Source: Pirellulaceae bacterium
GTDB lineage: Bacteria; Planctomycetota; Planctomycetia; Pirellulales; Pirellulaceae
Length of the DNA: 64,000 bases
NCBI GenBank assembly: GCA_031374825.1
Contig: JANMGV010000004.1
Coordinates: forward strand, 19,605 to 83,604
Direction: 5' to 3'
Shown here: positions 41,122 to 48,840 of the stretch, piece after piece
How positions within the stretch are numbered: the first letter of the stretch is position 1
Layout: each line of letters begins with the position of its first letter
Notes under the pieces: model-generated
What the model was told of the DNA's origin: nothing
Database searches by the model: none
What the model saw: the letters and a program-made list of their open reading frames with translations, nothing else
Program-made: the position numbers and the translations under genes

Positions 41122-41217
41122 CAGCATTCGGCAACTCTCAATAAGGAATTGTCCCGAATGAACTTCCCGAATAATGAAACTTGATCGTAATGTCGATCCA
41201 GGGCACCGAGTTGCACG

Positions 41218-41280
41218 TCATTCCCGCGCAGGCGGGAATCCAGGGTCAATTGCGCTGGATTCCCGCCTGCGCGGGAATGA
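41218..41280. repeat. perfect nested palindrome (two 23-bp arms, each itself a hairpin TTCCCGCgcagGCGGGAA) between convergent genes
   Basis: cattcccgcgcaggcgggaatcc ...16 nt... ggattcccgcctgcgcgggaatg. The ORF-track translation here (IPAQAGIQG...IPACAGMT) is the hallmark spurious reading of this repeat type. Confidence 0.7.
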
Positions 41281-41352
41281 CACCGATGCTCCAAACACGG
41301 AAAATATTTCGGGACTGTTCCCTGCCAATTTTACCCCAGCTACCCCTACGTA

Positions 41353-41979
41353 CTATTGACGCAAAGGGCCATAAAGATGTTCTGTCGCGACCGTTCCGCC
41401 GCATTCAAGCCAACCATCGGTAATCGCCTCACGCCACCAATCGGGCAATTTCGTCGTTCCTGCATGGCGGTGGAAGTGTCCGTGTGGACAAGAGATCGCG
41501 AAGGTACGTCCAGCCCGATGGAAAGACACGCGAATCGCGGAATTACACCAAGGGCAACGCCAATTGTCAACAACCGACCGATCACAGCCAATTCCGATAT
41601 CTGCACAAAGTCTCGCGACCAATTTGAAGTTCCGATTGTCTCGACGTTTTGTCTCGATCGTCTCAACGGTTTCACGCAGATTCTCGAATCTGTTCGATTC
41701 GGGAGTGAATCGGACCGTTGCCTCGTAGCGATCTTTGCGGATCGAGAAACGGCGCAAGACATGCACCACCACGTCAAAATCGTTCTTTACGAGGCTCAAC
41801 GGCCCCATGAATCGTTCTTCGTTGTATCGAGATGAAACCACGCCACGTCCCGATGATGTGTGGTATTCAGGATGACACGCGATCGAACTGGTGACGTGGT
41901 GTTCGATGGCGCGCAACCAGTCCGTCGTCGCAATTTCGACGTGGTATCTTGTGACGAATTGTGGCTTCAAAGTCACCAT
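41353..41979 (-). CDS. hypothetical protein with C-terminal CPWCN...CPHGHFH zinc-ribbon (start set at internal Met)
   Basis: The ORF-track N-terminal 48 aa are translation of the IS110 left-end sequence and are shared with ORF 46387..46776. The likely real start is MVTLKPQF at 41979. Confidence 0.4.
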   Translation of the reverse strand: MVTLKPQFVTRYHVEIATTDWLRAIEHHVTSSIACHPEYHTSSGRGVVSSRYNEERFMGPLSLVKNDFDVVVHVLRRFSIRKDRYEATVRFTPESNRFENLRETVETIETKRRDNRNFKLVARLCADIGIGCDRSVVDNWRCPWCNSAIRVSFHRAGRTFAISCPHGHFHRHAGTTKLPDWWREAITDGWLECGGTVATEHLYGPLRQ

Positions 41980-41989
41980 GTCATTAGCG

Positions 41990-42400
41990 ACAGAAAGAAT
42001 CCATGAAAGTCCTGGGTTTGAGGTGGGAGCCATTTGAATATAATCTGGCGACTCGGACCCGTGATCAAGACAGTGTGACCTGTCAGTCACAAAATTTCCA
42101 ACCCCAAACCCAAAGGACAACAACTATGAAGATTCTCGCACTCGACCTCAGCAAATTCAATACGATGTGTTGCTTTTATTGATTCGAAAACTCGGAAACA
42201 TACCTTCCTGAACGCTGCAACCGACCGAAATTAAGTGGAGACCGTGTTCAAAAAACACCAAATCGACTTGGTCGCCATAGAAGCTTGTGGACCTTCGGGC
42301 TGGATCAACGACTTGGCCATCGTTTGTGCCCACAAAACCATCGTGGTGCTCGACCGTACAGCGTGCGCTTGCAACTTGCAAATTCAACGATTCAAGGGAT
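41990..42400 (+). mobile_element. truncated, frameshifted IS110-family element (left end plus first ~90 codons of transposase)
   Basis: About 130 bp are near-identical to 46553-46698. Then MKILALDL(S/G)K(F/L)NTMCCF... reads the IS110 transposase N-terminus with a 1-bp insertion and an in-frame TAA. The downstream frame reads ...ACGPSGWINDLA, then homology ends around 42400. Confidence 0.6.
42127..42400 (+). pseudogene. IS110-family transposase N-terminal fragment (pseudogene)
   Basis: See the mobile element above. The frameshift and truncation are visible by comparison with the copy at 46699. Confidence 0.55.
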
Positions 42401-42704
42401 GTTGACAGCCAATCGGCACGTCGCCAAAAGTAGATGTCAGCAGCAACGAAGAACATCTTTCCCGTCGAATCCGTGTTCCCAAGCAGATCCAATAAGTCGC
42501 GCAACTCCCTGGTCGAAGGGAGCAATGCGTTCGAATACCCTCGAGACCGAGCCCGAAAAGAGATAGCAGCTTGCTTGAACCTTGGATTAGATATCTGGCT
42601 AGTCTTCTCTGACGCCAGCTACCCCGCACTAGATCGCCTCTCTCCCTCGAGGCTCTCCCACTCCGCTCACCGCAGAATCTAGTCCTTTAAATGTTCGTCC
42701 AGAA

Positions 42705-43895
42705 TTAGTTTGGTACGATTGTATGAAGTTCGTCAATCGGTGGCTCAATGTCCGTAAATGTAGCATTCGGTACGATGGCTAGGAACCAGAAGCCACCAAG
42801 AATTGACGCAGTCAATGACGCCAGTAGCACAGATATTTGAGATATGTTTATAAGTTCTTGGTCTTCAAATGCCAACGTCGATATAAAAATCGACATCGTA
42901 AATCCGATGCCTGCCAAAATACCAGCACCAACCAAATGCGATCGGCGTAACGCGTCAGGGAGTCGTCCAAATCGAAGGAATATCGCCAACAAGCAAAAGG
43001 AGATAATGCCGAGCGGTTTCCCGACGACGAGTCCCAAGTAAATCCCGAGTGAATTGGGCTGGAGGAGTTTCCAATACCAATCGCCGTGAAGAGGAATGCA
43101 GGTATTTACAATTGCGAAAATTGGTAAAATCCCAAGAGCGACCGGATAGTGCAGTCGATGCTGTAGCCGATGAGAAATGCAATCCTCTTGTCGCTTGGAA
43201 AATGGAATGGCGAACGCAAGTAGTACGCCACCAATGGTTGCGTGAACACCCGATTGAAGAAAACACCACCACATTGCAATTCCACCGATTACGTATGGCC
43301 AAAGAAGTTGTACGCGCAGGCGATTTAAGCAGCCAAGAAATGCCAAGACGCCGAGCGCACCAAAAAGATAAGTTAGCGCAACGTCTTTGGTGTAGAAAAG
43401 GGCAATGATGACGATTGCCCCCAGATCATCCGCGATAGCCAATGCGGTGAGAAATATCTTTAGGGAGTAAGGTACCTTACTCCCAAACAAAGCGAGAACA
43501 CCCAGCGAGAAAGCAATATCGGTTGCCGTTGGAATGCCAGCACCACGTATTGTCGTCGTTCCAAGATTCAATAGGATGTGAATGAAAGCGGGTACGACCA
43601 TTCCGCCAATCGCGGCAATGACTGGCAAGGCGGCGTTCTTCCACGACGAAAGTTCGCCCTCGTAGATCTCACGTTCTAGTTCCAAGCCGATCATCAGGAA
43701 GAAGATGACCATCAAGCCATCGTTCACCCATTTTTCGATTGGCATACCAAGGAATGGCATATGGAAAAAATGCTGGAGTGTTTCGCCAAACAACGTGTTC
43801 GCTAGCAACAGCGAAACGGCGGTCGCGAACATCAGGACGAATGCACCGGATCGCTCGCTCGATACAAATTCCTTGAAAAGCTTCGTACTCAGCAT
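42705..43895 (-). CDS. nhaA: Na+/H+ antiporter NhaA
   Basis: The N-terminus is MLSTKLFKEFVSSERSGAFVLMFATAVSLLLAN. The ORF is 396 aa with 11-12 TM helices, a typical NhaA topology. Confidence 0.85.
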   Translation of the reverse strand: MLSTKLFKEFVSSERSGAFVLMFATAVSLLLANTLFGETLQHFFHMPFLGMPIEKWVNDGLMVIFFLMIGLELEREIYEGELSSWKNAALPVIAAIGGMVVPAFIHILLNLGTTTIRGAGIPTATDIAFSLGVLALFGSKVPYSLKIFLTALAIADDLGAIVIIALFYTKDVALTYLFGALGVLAFLGCLNRLRVQLLWPYVIGGIAMWWCFLQSGVHATIGGVLLAFAIPFSKRQEDCISHRLQHRLHYPVALGILPIFAIVNTCIPLHGDWYWKLLQPNSLGIYLGLVVGKPLGIISFCLLAIFLRFGRLPDALRRSHLVGAGILAGIGFTMSIFISTLAFEDQELINISQISVLLASLTASILGGFWFLAIVPNATFTDIEPPIDELHTIVPN

Positions 43896-43907
43896 CGACT
43901 ACTCCAT

Positions 43908-44337
43908 TGGACGAACGTAAAACATATTGCAATCTATGCGTCGAGGGAGGTGAGTGTTTGGCCCCGTTGGTACGCTTTTGATCCCCGGCGTATAGATTGG
44001 GCGTTGAACTGAGCCGACGGAGCGGGACGATTGATCGTTACAAGTGGCTTGGGAACGCCGATTGTGCTGCGATCGCTCAACGGAACATTAGTGTATCAAT
44101 CTGCATGCGAGTTGGCAAGTTTTTGCGACTTCGAGTCTTTTCGCCGGCGCGGGCGTTTACTTTGGAAGCGTTTGTGCTGGCTGACTTTTCAGATGCCGCA
44201 TCTAAAATCGGCTAAGCGCTCCCATCGCCGACAATCAACACAACGCATCGCCGCGAGACTAAAAGATGTCTTCGCCAGCGCGCGCCCAACATCCAACGCC
44301 CCTCCAGAAACCAAGCGCAGTCGGCTTAGTTCAACGA
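43908..44337. repeat. intergenic repeat family, copy A (abuts nhaA start codon)
   Basis: About 430 bp align to 45433-45853 and, for the first ~250 bp and last ~75 bp, to 48312-48840. The ORF-track peptides MGVELSRRSG... at three loci are the same DNA read in one frame. Confidence 0.8.
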
Positions 44338-44546
44338 CTGCCGTAACCGGGCACGCGCGAGTAGGCAACCATTTGAAAAACGCCCGATCGCGTGCTCGGG
44401 CGTATGGCTTGGATCGACACTTCGGTATGAGCACCTCTTGGTCTCCATCGATTAGGCACGTTGTAGAGTATCGCTGGGATGGGATCGTCAGCCTCGTCGT
44501 TCGTAGATGTGCTCTTCGTTATCGTGACTGTCGTGCGCTTCCGCGA

Positions 44547-44774
44547 TCATCGCATGGCGATGACGATGCCAATCGCTGCAGCAGTTACGGCCGCCACAAA
44601 CGCGACCAGAATCGCACCACTACCAATCCGCCGTCGACAAAACACCGCCATCAGAACGAGTGACGCGACCGACATGCCGAGCATTGCATATGCGTTGCCC
44701 GTTGCCGTGCCGATCAAAAGTACGATTACTGCGATCGCTCCGAGTAAGTCATCATTGCGGGAGTCTGTTGGCAT
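44547..44774 (-). CDS. small 2-TM membrane protein, hypothetical
   Basis: A hydrophobic 75-aa ORF downstream of the 4-TM gene. Confidence 0.35.
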   Translation of the reverse strand: MPTDSRNDDLLGAIAVIVLLIGTATGNAYAMLGMSVASLVLMAVFCRRRIGSGAILVAFVAAVTAAAIGIVIAMR

Positions 44775-44878
44775 TTTGTTTTCCGTTCCCCGGTCGGTTG
44801 CCGAATGTCAGAATTCAGCCAGTGCGAGCTGTAGACTCAACGCAAGTCAAAACGCCTGATCGAGCAATGGTTTGCAAT

Positions 44879-45403
44879 TCATTGTTCGTCGCTTTTTGAT
44901 GGATTGTGTTTTGGATTTGATCTCCACGTCATGACGGCAATAACCATCATCGCTACCCCACCAAGGACGTACTCGTACTGATGCGCCATAGCGACAGCGA
45001 CGAGCCGACGGTCAGACTCAAAGGTCGCGCGCCGCTGTTCGATTGGAATGATGCTTGATATTGCCATTACAGTCAGCAGAATCGCAATCATGCTCATCCA
45101 CAGTGTAACACAGGCAATCGTCGTCCATTTCAGGATTCGGATTGCCTCCAGAGGCTGTTGACGTCGGTGATTGATTGACGCGACGATCGCGCCGGCGATT
45201 GCACCAAACCACCAAGATGCAGCGACACCCCACAACAACGCCAGAACCCACGGGTTCTCCGTCGGAAGAATCTTCGGGTGATGAACTGAAAAGTACTCCA
45301 CGGCGAAATTTGCGGTGACGAGATCAAGGCAAATCCCAAGAAGGCAAGCGAGGGCAGTCGATCCAAGTACAATTGTCAGGAAACGTCGCAACGCAGCATT
45401 CAT
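44879..45403 (-). CDS. hypothetical 4-TM membrane protein
   Basis: A 174-aa ORF. Repeat copy B ends ~30 bp upstream of its start codon. Confidence 0.5.
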   Translation of the reverse strand: MNAALRRFLTIVLGSTALACLLGICLDLVTANFAVEYFSVHHPKILPTENPWVLALLWGVAASWWFGAIAGAIVASINHRRQQPLEAIRILKWTTIACVTLWMSMIAILLTVMAISSIIPIEQRRATFESDRRLVAVAMAHQYEYVLGGVAMMVIAVMTWRSNPKHNPSKSDEQ

Positions 45404-45432
45404 TAGACGACCTCGTGACGAACTCCATTGAT

Positions 45433-45853
45433 TGACGAACGTATTGCAATCTATTCGTCAAGGGAGTTTGGTTGTTGGCCCCAAGTAGGTTTATGATCCC
45501 CGACGTATAGATTGGGCGTTGAACTGAGCCGACGGAGTGGTACGATCAATCGATGCAAGTGGCTTGCGAACGCCAAATGTGCTGCGACGGCTCTGCTGAG
45601 AGTCAGTGTATCAATCCGAATGCGCGTTGGCAAGTTTTTGCGAATCCGAGTCTATGGGTGGGCGCAGGTTTTGACTCTGGAAAAACTTGTGCTGGCTGAT
45701 TTTTCAGATGCCGCATCTAAAATCGGCTAAGCGCTCCCATCGCCGACAATCAACACAACGCATCGCCGCGAGACTAAAAGATGTCTTCGCCAGCGCGCGT
45801 CCAAAGTCCACTGCCCCTCCAGAAACCAAACACAGTCGGCTTAGTTCGACGAA
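45433..45853. repeat. intergenic repeat family, copy B
   Basis: See copy A. Copy B contains the same 13-bp perfect palindrome agatgccgcatct (45706-45718). Confidence 0.8.
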
Positions 45854-45858
45854 GGCGA

Positions 45859-46077
45859 TCACCCAGCAGCCGGAGGTGAAGCACCATCAGGCAAACCGAG
45901 GACCGGCGGCTTGGGGTCAGCGCGTTGTTCGGACCTCCACGGTCTACGCGGCATCGAAACGGTATTTGTTTCTCGCGATCGTGCATCCGCGACGATCCTG
46001 CTTAAGTCGTTGTCAAACCTTGCTGCGAGTTCTCGTTTAATTCGCAGAATCTCGTCGTTAATGGTGTCCATTGTCAA
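45859..46077 (-). CDS. small ORF overlapping PIN-like gene by 4 bp (possible TA partner), only N-terminal ~36 aa look protein-like
   Basis: The N-terminus reads MTMDTINDEILRIKRELAARFDNDLSRIVADARSRE. There is an ATGA overlap with the upstream gene. The C-terminal part runs into repeat B. Confidence 0.3.
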   Translation of the reverse strand: MTMDTINDEILRIKRELAARFDNDLSRIVADARSRETNTVSMPRRPWRSEQRADPKPPVLGLPDGASPPAAG

Positions 46078-46547
46078 TTCCCCAAGAGTTCATCTGGCGA
46101 ACAAATCAGCGGTGGCGTACAACCGAAGTCCTGGCAAATCTGCTCGATTACCAGTCTCGTTTCAGCGTTCGCGATGTGCGTGAAATTTAGCGTCAGCAAA
46201 TATTGTATCCCATTGATTGCTGCAAGGGATATGTGGAGTGCGTCCCGTGGTTCCGTCGCAGGAATCCCTTGACGCGACACCAGTTCGTATGCCAATGCCC
46301 TTGCATCGTCCGTGATGGCCAAGACGGATATTCCAGCAATTAAGGCCAGTCGATCGGCAGCCGCCGTGGAGTCCCCCGCAGAGCATTCATCGACCACGAT
46401 TTGCGAGACTGCGAGCTCGAATCGATCTCGCTTCGCCCACCATCGACGAGACTGAATTTGCCGAGCGGCGACAAGGATGTCCGTCTGGTCCCAAGCGGCG
46501 ATATGACCGATGACTATTGTTTCGATATAGACTGTCGGCTTGCTCAT
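46074..46547 (-). CDS. hypothetical protein, possibly PIN-like nuclease (toxin-like)
   Basis: A 157-aa acidic alpha/beta-type sequence. An IS110 copy lies ~5 bp upstream of its start codon. I could not confirm the domain by eye. Confidence 0.4.
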   Translation of the reverse strand: MSKPTVYIETIVIGHIAAWDQTDILVAARQIQSRRWWAKRDRFELAVSQIVVDECSAGDSTAAADRLALIAGISVLAITDDARALAYELVSRQGIPATEPRDALHISLAAINGIQYLLTLNFTHIANAETRLVIEQICQDFGCTPPLICSPDELLGN

Positions 46548-46698
46548 AGTCCCTTATGTCCGAAAGAACCCATATAAGTCCTGGGTTTGGGCTAGGAGCC
46601 CTTCGAATAAAATCTGGCGACTCGGACCCGTGATCAAGACAGTGTGACCTATCAGTCACATTCATTCCAACCCCAACCCCAAACCCAAAGGACATGTC

Positions 46699-47514
46699 TA
46701 TGAAAATTCTCGCACTCGACCTTGGCAAACTCAATACGATGTGCTGCTTTTTTGAATCGAAAACGCGTAAACACACCTTTCACAACGCTGCAACAGGCCG
46801 AAACTACCTGGAGACCGTGTTCAAAAAATACAAAATCGACATGGTCGCCACGGAAGCCGATTGAAGTGTGAATTCAGAATTGCGAAGTGTGAAACGTCGA
46901 AGTGTCACCAGGCGAGAGGCGTCAAACTTCAAACTTCAAACTTCAAACTTCAAACTTCAAACAAGGACAATGCCCTCAAACTTGCTCGCATGGCCTCCAT
47001 GAACGAACTCAAAGCCGTCCATATGCCCAGCGAAGAACATCGCGAGTTCCGGTCGCTGGTCAAGAACCGTAAAACACTCGACTACCGCATCAACAAGATG
47101 AAATGCACCATACGCGCTTGGTTCGGCAATCATGGCATCACGATTGACGCAGGCGATAAAGTTTGGCACACGGGACGCCAACTCATCGACTCCTTCCGCA
47201 AACCGTTTGTCGACTGCTCCGCAAACGAACTTTGGAAAGGCAAACTCGACATCGAACTAACCCAACTCGATGCACTCACCACACAACTTGACATCGTAGT
47301 CAAGAAACTCGAAGCCATCGGCAAGAAAGATCCACGCATCGCGCGAGTCCAAACGATCCCCGGCGTTGGACCACGAACCGCCGAAATCCTCGTTGCATGT
47401 ATCGACAATCCGCACCGCTTTGAGAACGGTCGCCAAGTATCCGCCTACTTTGGACTGATACCCCGCCAATACCAATCCGGTGAAACGGACCGCAACGGTC
47501 GCATCAAACTGTAA
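46699..47514 (+). pseudogene. IS110-family transposase, interrupted (internal ~40 codons replaced, frame broken)
   Basis: Compared with intact IS110 transposases, the DEDD-domain segment between ...DMVATEA and LKLA..MNELKAVHMPSEEHREFR is missing and replaced. Confidence 0.65.
46923..46955. repeat. (CAAACTT)n heptanucleotide microsatellite, ~4.7 units, inside the IS110 transposase pseudogene
   Basis: The sequence reads caaacttcaaacttcaaacttcaaacttcaaac. Confidence 0.9.
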
Positions 47515-47845
47515 ATTATTTTGATGCTTCGCCCTGGGAAGCCAATCCTCGCCGTCCTCCATTCAACGAGATCACAGGAGACTTTTTCGATCTACACAAC
47601 GACAGAGACCAGTAGCCGGACCATCAAAGAAAGCAGTAGACTGCTGTAACCGAATTTGACCGCATTGTCATTAAACCGTCAGAGTCTAACCGTGGCTGTT
47701 TTCCTCAAACCTCATTACTCAAGCCGCACACCTGTCCACCGACCCGTGCATGGATAACTGAGCAAACGCATCCTGCTAAAGCGCAGGACCATTAGAGCGA
47801 AAAGCGTTTACACCTTCTTCATCGGCGATAAGTCTTACCACTAGC

Positions 47846-48295
47846 CTATCTGTTTGGCTCGTATTGTGGAACAACATCGCTGTAAACGATAGTTCCTTCC
47901 ACGGGCCTACCATCTTCAAAGCTTCGCTGCTGCCTCGGTCCGAACCTCGCCACACGGAAGGCCACTTGCCAGGCACAATCCCTCGGTACAGAGACGGCCA
48001 ATGTACCGGACTGCCCCTTTGGGACTACCGTGCGTTGGATCGTGATCTCTTCTTCAGAGTTCTGCTTGTCGCGGTGCGTGACCAGTGTTGCAGACTCCCA
48101 CACAACGATGGGGGAATCCGCCTCATTATCAATCTCGAACACTGCGGTCAGCGTGGTATCATCCCGGAATTCCTTGAAGCGAAGGGGCAGGAGATTCGGC
48201 TGCAACTGCTTCGGGATCAATACGCCTTCGGTAAGGAGAACGATCACGAGAACGATTGCAAGGGCACCGATGCCTATTTTCGCTTTTGTGTTCAT
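47846..48295 (-). CDS. hypothetical exported protein (signal-anchor)
   Basis: I set the start at the internal Met (MNTKAKIGIGALAIVLVIVLL). The ORF-track start at 48325 would lie inside repeat copy C. Confidence 0.5.
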   Translation of the reverse strand: MNTKAKIGIGALAIVLVIVLLTEGVLIPKQLQPNLLPLRFKEFRDDTTLTAVFEIDNEADSPIVVWESATLVTHRDKQNSEEEITIQRTVVPKGQSGTLAVSVPRDCAWQVAFRVARFGPRQQRSFEDGRPVEGTIVYSDVVPQYEPNR

Positions 48296-48311
48296 GCTAA
48301 TGTTTCCGCCT

Positions 48312-48840
48312 AAAACGTATTGCAATCTATGCGTCGGGGAGGGGAGTTGTTGGCCCCTTTGGTACGTTTTTTGATCCGCGACGTATAGATTGGGCGTTGA
48401 ACTGAGCCGACGGAGCGGGATGATCGATTGTTACAAGTGGCTTGTGAACGCCGATTGTGCTGCGATGGCTCAACAGAGAGTCAGTGTATCAATCCGCACG
48501 CGAGTTGGCAAGTTTTTGCGAATTCGAGTCTGTGGGCGGGCGCGGGTTTTGACTCTGGAAACGTTTGTGCGGACTGAGAATTGTGCGGGCTGGCTTTTGC
48601 GGATGGCGCAGCGTTGAAACTCGTGGCCTGCGAAGCGTTTTCTGTTTGCCGTTCGGGCGGATGAAGTTGTCAGTGCGTGTGGGAACTTTCGATTGAATCG
48701 CGGAATGAACCCCGAACGTTCGGGGTAATGCCGGACATCTTCGAACGTCAGTTCATCGGGCATCTCAATGATGTCTTTGCTAGCGCGCGATCAAAGTCCA
48801 ATGCCCCTTCAAAAACAAGCGCGGTCGGCTTCTTCTAACG
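48312..48840. repeat. intergenic repeat family, copy C (diverged, with ~200-bp internal insertion containing palindrome aaccccgaacgttcggggt)
   Basis: It aligns to copies A and B over 48312-48560 and 48765-48840. It spans the gap between the FAD-oxidoreductase stop (48835) and a point ~19 bp upstream of the downstream gene start. Confidence 0.75.

Larger units (their letters stand above)
46553..47620 (+). mobile_element. degraded IS110-family insertion sequence
   Basis: The left end is shared with 41990-42126. The transposase N-terminus (MKILALDLGKLNTMCCFFESKTRKHTF...) runs from 46699 to a TGA at about 46861. About 115 bp of replacement sequence follow, including a (CAAACTT) x4.7 microsatellite. 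The C-terminal Transposase_20-type region then runs to 47514 (IPGVGPRTAEIL...FENGRQVSAYFGLIPRQYQSGE). The right boundary is approximate. Confidence 0.7.

Noticed and set aside
41181-41423. ORF encoding ...IPAQAGIQGQLRWIPACAGMTPM...
   Set aside because: It is the literal translation of the perfect palindromic repeat at 41218-41280, so it is not coding.
41980-42123. N-terminal 48 aa of ORF 41353..42123, and the whole of ORF 46387..46776 (MLSFGFGVGN...DRSHCLDHGSESPD...)
   Set aside because: These peptides are the antisense translation of the shared IS110 left end present at both loci. The real gene start is the internal Met at 41979, and the second ORF is spurious.
44130-44160. Sigma-54-like motif tTGGCAAg-tttt-TGCG conserved in all three repeat copies
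   Set aside because: The GG-to-GC spacing is 9 nt rather than the required 10. The motif also faces the plus strand, away from the adjacent genes. It is probably coincidental.
46923-46955. CRISPR-array check on the (CAAACTT)n and gtactc repeats
   Set aside because: The units are 6-7 bp with no spacers, so they are microsatellites or direct repeats, not CRISPR. No cas genes are present.
43997-48617. ORFs MGVELSRRSG... (43997..44215, 45512..45730, 48390..48617), the 210-aa Arg-rich ORF 44031..44663, 45687..46040, and minus-strand ORFs inside the repeats
   Set aside because: All of them lie inside the three-copy repeat. The copies differ by frameshifts and by non-conservative changes in every frame. 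The composition is Arg-rich and low-complexity. I treat the repeat as noncoding.
43908-48840. Integron-cassette (attC) interpretation of the gene/repeat/gene/repeat array
   Set aside because: The repeats are 430-530 bp, far longer than attC sites (about 55-150 bp). I found no intI-like integrase or attI in the window, and no R''/L'' core-site symmetry was evident. I kept it only as a loose analogy.
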